A DNA stretch of 24,166 nt, from IMG/VR virus record IMGVR_UViG_3300042353_000010, positions 1-24,166 of that record; one strand, written 5' to 3'. Positions 1-8,912 of this stretch are shown in pieces. The notes under the pieces were generated by a model, which was not told the DNA's origin, did not search any database, and saw only the letters and a program-made list of their open reading frames with translations. The stretch is from a virus (Duplodnaviria > Caudoviricetes). Position 1 is the first letter of the stretch. Each line of letters opens with the position of its first letter. A program made the position numbers and the translations under genes.

Positions 1-2
1 GA

Positions 3-404
3 TGTAAGAACCTTAAAGCCAAGTTTAGTAGTCTATGTACTGAGCATGGAGGTCGGGACACCTTTAACCACGCACGATACAACCAGACAGAGAAGCGCAG
101 GGATGCGACAGACAAGTACAACACTAAGCAATGGCGCACACTCAGACAGATACAACTTAGCCAGTACCCACTATGTGCAGGATGTAAGCACGATGGCATC
201 ATAAGATCAGCAGAACACGTTGACCATATATTCCCTTGGCAGCAACTAGGCGAACACGCATTTACTTTTAATCTATTCCAATCCCTATGTGCATCGTGTC
301 ACTCAAGTAAGACACAGCTAGAGCAACAAGGCATCTTTAGAGCGTATGGAGATAGGGACTACATAGCTCAAGATTATCGTATTGCGGTGGCAAATCCCAA
401 ATAA
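3..404 (+). CDS. HNH endonuclease, HK97 gp74-like terminase cofactor (5' truncated by window edge)
   Basis: Manual translation of frame 3, open from the window start to TAA at 402-404: CKNLKAKFSSLCTEHGG...QWRTLRQIQLSQYPLCAGCKHDGIIRSAEHVDHIFPW...NLFQSLCASCHSSKT. It has CxxC...HVDH...NLxxLCxxCH and lies just upstream of TerS, as in cos phages. Not in the supplied ORF track. Confidence 0.9.
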   Translation, partial: CKNLKAKFSSLCTEHGGRDTFNHARYNQTEKRRDATDKYNTKQWRTLRQIQLSQYPLCAGCKHDGIIRSAEHVDHIFPWQQLGEHAFTFNLFQSLCASCHSSKTQLEQQGIFRAYGDRDYIAQDYRIAVANPK

Positions 405-473
405 TAGCTAGAAAGTTAAATATTATGAAGCCATCTAAGAGCAAGCTCGGCACACAATTAGCTGCAAATCAAA

Positions 474-503
474 TTGACGAGGGAGGGGTTTATTAAGTAA
501 AAT
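474..503 (+). promoter_or_regulatory. Candidate sigma70-type promoter for the packaging/structural operon
   Basis: TTGACG (474-479), 18-nt spacer, TAAAAT (498-503); predicted +1 falls at about 510, the A of the terS ATG. Confidence 0.5.
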
Positions 504-509
504 AAAACC

Positions 510-986
510 ATGAACAAAAAACCTCCAGAACTTCACTTAATTGACGGGACAAAGCCAAAAGGCAAGTCTACGCAGAATACTGCGGTTGTTCCTGACTCAA
601 TTAAAAAAAGAATTCCAGAAGCCGAATGGTTAGACAACCCAAGCGCATGGAATAGAAAAACCTTTATTGCCGAAACATCTAATTATCTTTTTGAGGTTTA
701 CGGGATTGGAAGCGAACAGGAAAAAACCACGCTATCAATGTTGGCTGACCAAGTAGAAACATATGTAACTTGTGTAGCAGGAATAGCACAGACGGGATTA
801 GTTGTTGATTACAACGATGGCAAGACTACAGGCGCATCACCTTATGTTGGCATTAAGAACAAAGCAGCAACGCTAATTATTCAATTAATGAACGAATTAG
901 GGTTAACGCCTAGAGGTAGATTAAGCGTTAAAAAGCCTGATGACGATTCAAGCATTAGCAAGTTTCTACGAGGTGCGAAGGGGTGA
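510..986 (+). CDS. terS: Terminase small subunit (P27-family-like)
   Basis: Between HNH and TerL; N-terminal KKPPELHLIDGT and C-terminal SPYVGIKNKA...ELGLTPRGR match P27-type small terminases; GTGA overlap with terL. Confidence 0.9.
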   Translation: MNKKPPELHLIDGTKPKGKSTQNTAVVPDSIKKRIPEAEWLDNPSAWNRKTFIAETSNYLFEVYGIGSEQEKTTLSMLADQVETYVTCVAGIAQTGLVVDYNDGKTTGASPYVGIKNKAATLIIQLMNELGLTPRGRLSVKKPDDDSSISKFLRGAKG

Positions 987-2650
987 ACTGGACGGACGGT
1001 GTTGTATATGCAAAACAAGTTGCGGTTGGTAACATAAATGTATGCCGTGACGTTCGCCTAGCTTGCCAACGGTTTCTTAACCAGTACGAGAATCAAGATT
1101 GGCAATGGGTATTTGACGAAGATTACCCGCAACACGTTTTAGAGTTTGCGTCACAACTACGCCACACTAAGGGACATCAGGCAGGGCAACCTATAGAGCT
1201 TGAGCCTTTTCAAATATTCCTGATTGTTGCTATCTACGGCTTTCGCAATAAGAAAGACCGCAATAAGCGCATGGTGTCGGATGTCATTGTGTACATCCCA
1301 CGCAAAGCGGGAAAGTCTACGCTGACAGCGGTAATAGCCTTATACGAGTTAGCCTGTGGTGAGGCAGGTTCTGAGGTCTTTACTCTGGCAACCAATAGAG
1401 AACAAGCGACTATCGTATTCGATGCCGCTAAGGGCTTTATAGACAATATGCCCAAAGAGTTTAGCAACCTATTTAATCAATCTAAATACGAGATTAAAAA
1501 GGTTGGTGACGCTCAATCTATGTTTAAAGCATTAAGCAGAGACACCAAGAAAACGGGTGACGGTAAGAACCCATCATGCGTAATTATTGACGAAGCAGCT
1601 CAGATTGTTGACCGAAATTCAATAGAGGTTCTGCATTCTGGCATGGTGGCTAGGCAGAATCCGTTGCGTATTTACATCACTACCGCATCGTTTACTAAAG
1701 AAACCAAGTTTTATGAAGATATGTCTATGTATCAATCCATGCTTTATGGCGAGGCTACAGACAACCCGAAATGGTTTGGCTTGTTGTACGGACTAGACCC
1801 ACAGGACGATTGGCGTGACCCTGTGAACTGGCAAAAGGCTAACCCAATGCACGGCATCAGCGTATTTGAAGAAGCTATTGCACAACGAGCAGAGGAAGCC
1901 AAATTTAAACCCGCAGCTCTTAACGAGTTTCTTTGTAAGACGTTAAATATCTTTGTATCTGCTAATACAGCATGGCTAGACCGTGCGTACTGGGACGATA
2001 AAAAAGCCCTTATTGTTGAGCAAGACCGCAAACCTGAAGCCGTATTTATTGGCTTTGACTTAGCTGCTACACGGGATTTAAATGCTGTCTGTACGCTAAA
2101 ACGCTTTGGCGAATTGGACTACGAAGCCCATTGGCAATTCTTTCTGCCAGAAGAAGGGCTTACACACGTTCCCAAGCATTACATGGACATCTTTAGAGTA
2201 GCTATTGCATCCGGCATATTAAAACTAACTGAAGGAAATGTAATGGATGACCGAGAGATTAGCGAATACATTAAGCAACAATGCAGCCTGTATGACGCTA
2301 AAGAGGTTGGTTATGATGCCTACAATGCTGCGTCACTTGTTGCCCGTCTGCATGATGATGGGATACCAGTTAAGAAAGTCGGGCAGGGCATGGCTACATT
2401 GTCTAACCCATCAAAATATATAGAAAAGTTAATCCTTAACTATCAAATCAAGCATGACGGCAACCCTTTTGTCGGTTGGCAGCTTGGTAACTGCGAGGTT
2501 TACGAGGATGTAAACGGAAATATTAAAGTTAGAAAAAACGAAGCTGACAAATCAGCTAAGGTGGACGGAATTATTGCTTTAATAATTGCCTCGCATTGTT
2601 CATTAGATAACCCTTATGTATCCAATAGTTTTGGTTTTCGTAGCTTTTAG
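983..2650 (+). CDS. terL: Terminase large subunit
   Basis: Adenine-binding LEPFQ, Walker A IPRKAGKST, Walker B VIIDE, coupling YITTA, WQKANP, nuclease GFDLA..RDL and KVDGIIAL; GTG start. Confidence 0.97.
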   Translation: MNWTDGVVYAKQVAVGNINVCRDVRLACQRFLNQYENQDWQWVFDEDYPQHVLEFASQLRHTKGHQAGQPIELEPFQIFLIVAIYGFRNKKDRNKRMVSDVIVYIPRKAGKSTLTAVIALYELACGEAGSEVFTLATNREQATIVFDAAKGFIDNMPKEFSNLFNQSKYEIKKVGDAQSMFKALSRDTKKTGDGKNPSCVIIDEAAQIVDRNSIEVLHSGMVARQNPLRIYITTASFTKETKFYEDMSMYQSMLYGEATDNPKWFGLLYGLDPQDDWRDPVNWQKANPMHGISVFEEAIAQRAEEAKFKPAALNEFLCKTLNIFVSANTAWLDRAYWDDKKALIVEQDRKPEAVFIGFDLAATRDLNAVCTLKRFGELDYEAHWQFFLPEEGLTHVPKHYMDIFRVAIASGILKLTEGNVMDDREISEYIKQQCSLYDAKEVGYDAYNAASLVARLHDDGIPVKKVGQGMATLSNPSKYIEKLILNYQIKHDGNPFVGWQLGNCEVYEDVNGNIKVRKNEADKSAKVDGIIALIIASHCSLDNPYVSNSFGFRSF

Positions 2651-2691
2651 TTTAAAATTGATAAACAATCGTTTATTTATTGGGTGAAAAC

Positions 2692-4089
2692 ATGGGTATG
2701 TTTGACATATTTAAGAGCAAAAAAACGGCTCAAAAAGAGTCAAATACGCTATTTGGACAAACCCAATTAGGTAACAATGTCATATATCAGGGGCAAGGTG
2801 GGCGGCAAACCGTTAGCCAACAGCTTTTATATGTAACGACTAGCAGCACCACTACGGCAGGTCGCACAGTAGATATGTCGATGCTGACTCGTAACTCTAC
2901 AGTTATGGCAGCGGTGGGTGTTAAGGCTAGAGCATTAGCACAATTGCCAATTAGTATTATGAGCAAAAGCGATGACGGTACATTTGTTGACGCTTTGCAG
3001 TCACCTAAAATTGGCGCAAGGGATAAAGCAAAAGCCAAGCAAGTGCTAAACCTGCTACGCAATCCTAACAACTTCCAAAGCCAATATGAATTTTGGTATC
3101 AATGGTCAATGTGGCAAGACTTAGCAGGAGAAACCTTTACGCTTTGGTGGCGAGCCAAACAAGAGGAATCAATGCAAACACCAATCGAGATGTACAACCT
3201 TGATAGCACATTGATTACTGCACGGCTCACAGAAACCCGCTACCCTGCATACTCACTTAGTACGCCAAGTTACGGGTTTAACAAAGATGAGCCGCTATCA
3301 GCGCATCAAGTTTGCCACATTAAGGAAGCGGCTTGGCAAGGCAGCAGCGGATTTAACAAAGGTATCCTAGCTACCGAACTGGTCGCATTAGATCAAGACA
3401 TTGACCTGTATGCTAACTTTGTTATGCAGAACGGCGCAAAGCCAAGCGGAATGTTTGTAACAGAACAAGTCATCCCAGACGCTAAATACAAAGAAATTGC
3501 AAGCAGACTTAAAGAGGCTTGGTCATCTATGACAGGCAGCCGACAGACTGACCTAAGTAAGCCCGGTCAAGGTATGCTACTAGACCAAGGTATGAAGTAT
3601 CAGCCCTTAGATATGCTGACCTTGCAAGACACGGAAACCAAAGAATTAAAGAATCAAACAATGAAGCGTATCTGCGGATTGTTTGGCGTTCCACCCGCAA
3701 TGATTGGCATAGCCGACCAGAAGTACAACAACACCCAGACAATGATGGATGAGTTTTATAAAGCCACCATGTACCCGATGATTATTAATATTGAGCAGAA
3801 ATTAAACTATCACTTGTTTAAAGGCTATCCTAATTTGTGCGTGAGGTTTGATACTAAAGACTTCCTAAAAGGCGCAGCTTTAGACCAGATGAACTTTGCT
3901 GTTCAAGGTGTAAGCGCAGGAATCATCACGCAAAACGAAGCCCGTGAATATCTCAATATGCCCAAAATGGACGGACATGATGAGCTTATTCAAGGCAAAG
4001 CACCAGAGCCAATGACGGGAAATAGCCCACAAGATACTGGTGGCGGCGGTGGAAACCAAAAGCGCAGAGCCGCAATTGGAACGACATGA
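2692..4089 (+). CDS. Portal protein, HK97 family
   Basis: Motifs ALAQLPI, NPNNFQSQYEFW, NGAKPSG, ICGLFGVPPAMIG, GIITQNEAREYLNMP. ATG at 2692 (MGMFDIFK) preferred to the TTG at 2680. Confidence 0.95.
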   Translation: MGMFDIFKSKKTAQKESNTLFGQTQLGNNVIYQGQGGRQTVSQQLLYVTTSSTTTAGRTVDMSMLTRNSTVMAAVGVKARALAQLPISIMSKSDDGTFVDALQSPKIGARDKAKAKQVLNLLRNPNNFQSQYEFWYQWSMWQDLAGETFTLWWRAKQEESMQTPIEMYNLDSTLITARLTETRYPAYSLSTPSYGFNKDEPLSAHQVCHIKEAAWQGSSGFNKGILATELVALDQDIDLYANFVMQNGAKPSGMFVTEQVIPDAKYKEIASRLKEAWSSMTGSRQTDLSKPGQGMLLDQGMKYQPLDMLTLQDTETKELKNQTMKRICGLFGVPPAMIGIADQKYNNTQTMMDEFYKATMYPMIINIEQKLNYHLFKGYPNLCVRFDTKDFLKGAALDQMNFAVQGVSAGIITQNEAREYLNMPKMDGHDELIQGKAPEPMTGNSPQDTGGGGGNQKRRAAIGTT

Positions 4090-4253
4090 TGGGCATAAAA
4101 CAACTTTGTGCGTTATTAACTACACAAATTAAGCGTCCTAATGCTAAACTACCAAAAAAAGTAGTGTTGCCCAAAATACAAGATAATGACCAATCCATAA
4201 AACTTGGGGCAATTAATGAAAAATATCACTCTAATCTGCGAAGCAAAACTTGA
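4086..4253 (+). CDS. Candidate small hypothetical protein (55 aa) between portal and protease
   Basis: ATG overlaps the portal stop (ATGA); reads MMGIKQLCALLTTQIKRPNAKLPKKVVLPKIQDNDQSIKLGAINEKYHSNLRSKT; fills the gap but overlaps the protease start by 38 nt. Confidence 0.3.
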   Translation: MMGIKQLCALLTTQIKRPNAKLPKKVVLPKIQDNDQSIKLGAINEKYHSNLRSKT

Positions 4254-5007
4254 TCTTGGTAAATCCGCAGACGAGGCAGCGAACCCAACTGGTGCAATTG
4301 AAGCCCGTGTAACTACATGGGGCGCACGAGAAGGTGCAGACGGACGCAGGTTTAACTATCAGCCAGAAGGTTTTATGGATTGGGCTGATGAGTTTGCCAA
4401 GTCTGAAAAACCAATGCCAATGTTTTTAAACCATAACGATATTGGTATGCCTATCGGTCAATGGGACGAAGTGATGTTTGACGATGAAGGCATGAGCGCA
4501 AAAGGTCGTTTATTCCTAAACACTATGGCAGGTGCAGACGCATATTCAGTATTGAAAGAATCGCCCAAAATGTTTGGCGGCGTTTCTGTCGGTGCTTATG
4601 CTGATGAAGCCTGTATGGTTGACGCTGAAGGCAACGCCCTTGTGTCTGGTGCAGACGATAGCGAGGCATATTTCCAAATCACTAAAGGTGGCTTGCGTGA
4701 AATTTCGGTGGTTATGTACCCGAATAATCCAGAGGCGAATATCCAACAATTGGAATATTTTGACGCTGAAGGAAACGCAAACCCTAGAGCAGTTGAGAAA
4801 GTCTTGCGTGATGCAGGACTATCACGAAAAGATGCGACCACCGCATCTTCTATCCTCAAGAAAGTATTAGAACAGCGTGACGCTACTAAGACTATTGAGG
4901 AAGCCCCAAAGCAGGGTGAGCCTGATGCGGTGGTCAATGAAGCCGATAACATTCTAAAAGCCTTAGAGGAAAGAGAATTGTTAGCGGCATTATCCAAACG
5001 TATTTAA
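4216..5007 (+). CDS. Prohead (capsid maturation) protease, HK97/S78 family
   Basis: MFLNHN (catalytic His), PIGQW, GVSVG (catalytic Ser), LREISVVMYPNNPEA, C-terminal EKVLRDAGLSRKDA; between portal and capsid. ATG at 4216 follows GGGG at 4206-4209. Confidence 0.93.
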   Translation: MKNITLICEAKLDLGKSADEAANPTGAIEARVTTWGAREGADGRRFNYQPEGFMDWADEFAKSEKPMPMFLNHNDIGMPIGQWDEVMFDDEGMSAKGRLFLNTMAGADAYSVLKESPKMFGGVSVGAYADEACMVDAEGNALVSGADDSEAYFQITKGGLREISVVMYPNNPEANIQQLEYFDAEGNANPRAVEKVLRDAGLSRKDATTASSILKKVLEQRDATKTIEEAPKQGEPDAVVNEADNILKALEERELLAALSKRI

Positions 5008-5016
5008 GGACTTATC

Positions 5017-6360
5017 ATGTCAGAAAAAATCATTGAAAAACTTGACGCAATCGAAGCATCAAATGCAGCTAAGATTGACGAAGTTAAAGCACAAGCAGTA
5101 GCCGCAATTGAAGAAGCGAAAGCATCGTTCGAGGAAAAAGTCGCAGCACTAGAAGCGAAGGTATCTTCTGTTTCAGCCGTGCCAGTTATTAAGACTTACA
5201 AAACAATCGCTCAAGAAGTCAACCGTACTATTAAAGAGCAAATCCGTGACTTTTACAAGTCTGGTGCTAAGGTTGAAAAAGAACTAAAAATGTTTGCTGA
5301 TGCAGGTCAGTATGATGCTTACATGAAAGAAGCCTCAGCATTGACAGGCGGCGGTGCAGGTATCGGTGGACGTACAGCTTATGATCCAGTATTCGCACCT
5401 TTGCGTTTGCTTAATCCTATGCGTGGCGTTTCCCGTTCTGTTGCTACTGACGGAGCAACATACCAGTTCCGTGCCAAGGTTGGTGATGCAGGTGCAGCAT
5501 GGGGTTATGCCATTCAAAACAACGGTGCAGCAACGACTGAAAACACAAATATCTGGCAATTGACTTTGCAAGATTTGAACGTCCAGTTCCCAATCCGTAC
5601 AGCCGCACTTGATGACATCGATGGTCTGGAAGCTAATGTCGTATCAGACATGATGGCAGAATTCAGTCAGGCTGAGGCGCAATCGATGATCGGCAACAAT
5701 GACCAAGCCGCACAGTCTGCATCCAATCCATACGGCGGCACTAACGGTCTGCGTGGTCTTGACCAATACGCAGGTAACAACGCTACATACACAGGTGGAA
5801 CAATCAGTACCGCAGCCTTTGGCACAAGCGGCACAGGTTCAACTTCCGGTTTGCATAGCCTTGCAACTTATGACCAATTGACCACAAACGCCAATACCGT
5901 TGGCGCAAACAACATTACATACAAAGACGTTATCAACTTCATCTACAGCTTGCCACAACAGTATTGGACAACTACAGCATGTTTCGTGATTAATCCCGTG
6001 TTGCTCCAAGCAATTCGTGGTTTGACAGACTTGCAAGGACGCCCAATTTACGTTGACGGTCTTGCTCGTGCTGATGGCATTGTTGGTCAATTGCTTGGCT
6101 TTGATGTGGTCGTTAACAAGTATTGTGAGAATCCTTCACAAGCAACCGTTGGTGCAGTCGGTACAACTAGCTTGTATCCAATGTACTTCGGTGACTTCCA
6201 GAAAGGTCATACTATCGTTGATCGTTTAAACATGATTCTGCGTAGATACGATCAGACGTTGCCCGGATTTATAACTTTTTACGGAGAAAAGAGATTAGCC
6301 ACATCCGTGGTCGATCCTTTCTCAATCATTCGCTATCGCTCAACAGGCACAGCAAACTAA
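5017..6360 (+). CDS. Major capsid protein, HK97 fold, with N-terminal coiled-coil delta (scaffold) domain
   Basis: About 104-aa Ala/Glu/Lys-rich helical N-terminus, then NPMRGVSR, LDDIDGLEANV, IRGLTDLQGRPIY, LLGFDVVVN, YFGDF, FITFYGEKR; strong AAGGA RBS at 5006-5010. Confidence 0.95.
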   Translation: MSEKIIEKLDAIEASNAAKIDEVKAQAVAAIEEAKASFEEKVAALEAKVSSVSAVPVIKTYKTIAQEVNRTIKEQIRDFYKSGAKVEKELKMFADAGQYDAYMKEASALTGGGAGIGGRTAYDPVFAPLRLLNPMRGVSRSVATDGATYQFRAKVGDAGAAWGYAIQNNGAATTENTNIWQLTLQDLNVQFPIRTAALDDIDGLEANVVSDMMAEFSQAEAQSMIGNNDQAAQSASNPYGGTNGLRGLDQYAGNNATYTGGTISTAAFGTSGTGSTSGLHSLATYDQLTTNANTVGANNITYKDVINFIYSLPQQYWTTTACFVINPVLLQAIRGLTDLQGRPIYVDGLARADGIVGQLLGFDVVVNKYCENPSQATVGAVGTTSLYPMYFGDFQKGHTIVDRLNMILRRYDQTLPGFITFYGEKRLATSVVDPFSIIRYRSTGTAN

Positions 6361-6368
6361 GTAAGAAA

Positions 6369-6393
6369 CGGGGTGGGCTCAAAACTCACCCCG
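6369..6393 (+). terminator. GC-rich stem-loop after the major capsid gene (leaky terminator or mRNA stabiliser)
   Basis: CGGGGTGGG-CTCAAAA-CTCACCCCG, a 9-bp stem with one G-U pair; the + strand tail ATTACTA is a poor U-tract. Confidence 0.65.
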
Positions 6394-6418
6394 ATTACTA
6401 ATAAATACTGGAATAAAT

Positions 6419-7453
6419 ATGAGCCTAATTCTCGAATCCATTAAGACCGCTCTGCTTGAAGGCAGCGCAACCGTTAACTTGAAAGAAGCATCCGCATTAA
6501 CTGGGTCTGGTTCGGGTGTTGGCGGTCAAGTAATTTATGATGATGCTTTTGCGTCTAGGCGTGAACACAATCCGCTGCGTGATGGATCAAGAATTATTGA
6601 AACGATTGGTTCAGACCAAGCGTTCGTTGTAAAAACTGGTAACGCTACGTTGATTCAAAACGGCAGCAACAACCCTTGGGGCTATCCTGTAAACAACAAT
6701 ACGGGTTCTCCAAACATTGCTACATCGTTCTGGCAACTTCCCGTGCGTTCAATTAACGCAGGTGTACCAATTAGAACAGCGGTGATGTCTGACATTAACG
6801 CACTAGAAGAAGCTATCGTTGATGATTTAATGCTCGAATTCGCAGAGCAAGAATCCCTCTCAATGATGCTCAACAATGACCAAGCTGGAAGCACATCAGT
6901 TCAGTTTGGCGCAACAAGTGGTTTGCGTGGGCTTAACAGCTATCTAGGCAGCACAACAGCAGCAGCCTTTGGTACTAGCGGTTCTGCAATTACTAACGGC
7001 GTACACACGGTTTTACAGGTTGCACAAGCAGCGCATCAAGCTGTTGCTTATGATGATTTAGCAAACCTACAAGCAGCATTGCCATCACAATATTTATACA
7101 AAGACACAACCGCTTGGATGATGCATCCGACAACGATTGGTGTATTGCGTAAACTTAAACAGTCAGGAAGTCTAAACCATTTTATTGAAGTCGGTAGTGA
7201 AGATGGTGGCGCAGTCGTATTTATCTTTGGACATCGTGTTATTCCTAATCCGTACATGGACATTAGCGGTGTCGGAAAATATCCCGTCTACCTTGCCGAA
7301 TGGTCACAATTCTTTACGATTGCTGACAACGAATTAATGAGCATTAAACGCTTTGACCAGACGCAACCGGGCTTTATTTACCTGTTTGCAGAGAAGCGTG
7401 TTTGCTCAACTATTCGTGATGTGTTTGCAGGTGTGCGTCTGGTAGGTGTTTAA
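6419..7453 (+). CDS. Second HK97-fold capsid protein (paralogue of 5017..6360, lacking the long delta domain)
   Basis: Collinear with capsid 1: KEASALTG, YDxxFA, NPxR, WGY..NN, WQL, PIRTA, EF...E..SM..NNDQA, GLRGL, AAFGTSG, LP.QY, R.DQT.PGFI....EKR. Confidence 0.92.
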   Translation: MSLILESIKTALLEGSATVNLKEASALTGSGSGVGGQVIYDDAFASRREHNPLRDGSRIIETIGSDQAFVVKTGNATLIQNGSNNPWGYPVNNNTGSPNIATSFWQLPVRSINAGVPIRTAVMSDINALEEAIVDDLMLEFAEQESLSMMLNNDQAGSTSVQFGATSGLRGLNSYLGSTTAAAFGTSGSAITNGVHTVLQVAQAAHQAVAYDDLANLQAALPSQYLYKDTTAWMMHPTTIGVLRKLKQSGSLNHFIEVGSEDGGAVVFIFGHRVIPNPYMDISGVGKYPVYLAEWSQFFTIADNELMSIKRFDQTQPGFIYLFAEKRVCSTIRDVFAGVRLVGV

Positions 7454-7456
7454 ATT

Positions 7457-8122
7457 ATGTCTGACACATTGGCAGGAAATCCTTATCTAGGCACTAACCG
7501 CAACCCGTTTAACTATGAAAAAGTTGAGCAGGTTACCCGTGACATTGTTACGGAGTGGTTGACGCTCGAGGAAATTACTCAACAGTTAAATCTATTTCAA
7601 GACGAAAGCCAAGATTCATACCTAAGCAGCATCGAACTTGCCACAAGAATGGCTATTGAGGACTATTTGGGAATGAGTATCTTTGCCGTCCAATATAAGA
7701 CCTACTACGGCACGTTTAACGGCATGGGTGGCAGTCAGGTAAGCCTAGACTTGCCAGAGGTGTCACAAGCCTTTCAAGGGCAGGCAGGCGTAACCATTAA
7801 TTCGGTTCAATACTTTAATGGCGATACTGCGCCCGTACTAATTACGATGGCAGCATCAACCTATTACTACGACCCAACTGGTAACAAGGTTGTCGTTAAC
7901 GGCTTGCCAAACACGGTTAGCAACTTTGTAACGAACCCGATTATGGTTACTTACACTTGTAACGCTAACCCTGTCGGTCAATATCCTGTTATTAAGCAAG
8001 CGGGATTAATGCTTTTAACGCACATTTACAACAATCGCAGCAACACAACGGAAGCCAAGTTAAATGACATTCCTTTCGGCGTAGCGCAATTGTTGCGTCC
8101 GTATAAGCCGTTGGTGATGTAG
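7457..8122 (+). CDS. Head-tail connector/adaptor (HK97 gp6/SPP1 gp15-like, long form)
   Basis: LTLEEITQQLNL, ATRMAIEDYLG, IKQAGLMLLTHIYNNRS, IPFGVAQLLRPYK; follows the capsid genes. Confidence 0.88.
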   Translation: MSDTLAGNPYLGTNRNPFNYEKVEQVTRDIVTEWLTLEEITQQLNLFQDESQDSYLSSIELATRMAIEDYLGMSIFAVQYKTYYGTFNGMGGSQVSLDLPEVSQAFQGQAGVTINSVQYFNGDTAPVLITMAASTYYYDPTGNKVVVNGLPNTVSNFVTNPIMVTYTCNANPVGQYPVIKQAGLMLLTHIYNNRSNTTEAKLNDIPFGVAQLLRPYKPLVM

Positions 8123-8467
8123 ATGGCAATTGCCCGTTACGAAAACATCGATGTAAACAACGTCACCAACAGCATTAATGCTTACGGTGAGCAGACTACA
8201 ACGATTGCATTATGGTTTGCAACACGGGCAGTAGTTGCTGATGTAAGTAACAGCGTAAGAATTAGTGAGCGTTATCGTGTTTATTCTGACTTAGTTAATT
8301 TGACTTTAAACTACACACCAAACACTAAGCTGATGGTTGATGAACAGAACTTGTTTTCTATTACATGGCGTGACTACGATTGGCGCATCATTGACTCTAG
8401 GGAATCTAACAACCGCATGAGCGTGACTTTTGTTTGCTACCGTAACGATCCGGACACGCCAGTATGA
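8123..8467 (+). CDS. Head closure/stopper protein (SPP1 gp16/lambda FII-like)
   Basis: 114 aa, beta-rich, NAYGEQ...WFATRA...ITWRDYDWRI pattern; directly after the connector. Confidence 0.75.
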   Translation: MAIARYENIDVNNVTNSINAYGEQTTTIALWFATRAVVADVSNSVRISERYRVYSDLVNLTLNYTPNTKLMVDEQNLFSITWRDYDWRIIDSRESNNRMSVTFVCYRNDPDTPV

Positions 8468-8877
8468 GCCAGAATAATCCTGCGGTATATGCTCAAGCAA
8501 TACAAGCACAACTGGCGGCTATTGTTACGCCCGTTCCTGTCTATGCAAACTTTAATCGCAACTATGCAACACAAGCAAAGTTTTTAACTTGGAATCTGCG
8601 TAACGTACATCAGCCTGTGTTTACAGGAACAAATCAAAACAACAAAGGCATTGATAGACCAATATTCCAAATCTCGGTTTTCACACAATCCTTTGTTGAT
8701 GCTATGACAATTAGCAATACGATATTACAATCGCTACATGGCTACAGCGGTCAATTCGGCGGAGCATCAGGTTTTTATATAAGCAAGGCTGATGTTGATT
8801 GGTTATATAACACCTACGACAACGAAATCGGGTTGCAGCAAGTAATACTGGATTGCACCTTGGACATTCCAACATAA
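8464..8877 (+). CDS. Tail terminator/completion protein
   Basis: 137 aa, RPIFQISVF and ILQSLHGYSG pattern; immediately before the tail tube genes. Confidence 0.7.
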   Translation: MSQNNPAVYAQAIQAQLAAIVTPVPVYANFNRNYATQAKFLTWNLRNVHQPVFTGTNQNNKGIDRPIFQISVFTQSFVDAMTISNTILQSLHGYSGQFGGASGFYISKADVDWLYNTYDNEIGLQQVILDCTLDIPT

Positions 8878-8912
8878 GACAGAACTCATTTAAATTTTAT
8901 TAAGGAACGATC

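Noticed and set aside
2661-2676. Inverted repeat ATAAAC-AATC-GTTTAT between terL and portal
   Set aside because: A 6-bp AT-rich stem, too weak to call a terminator or operator.
4574-5881. Alternate-frame plus-strand ORFs 4574..4870, 5354..5563 and 5699..5881
   Set aside because: Fully nested in the protease or capsid genes, with no motif support.
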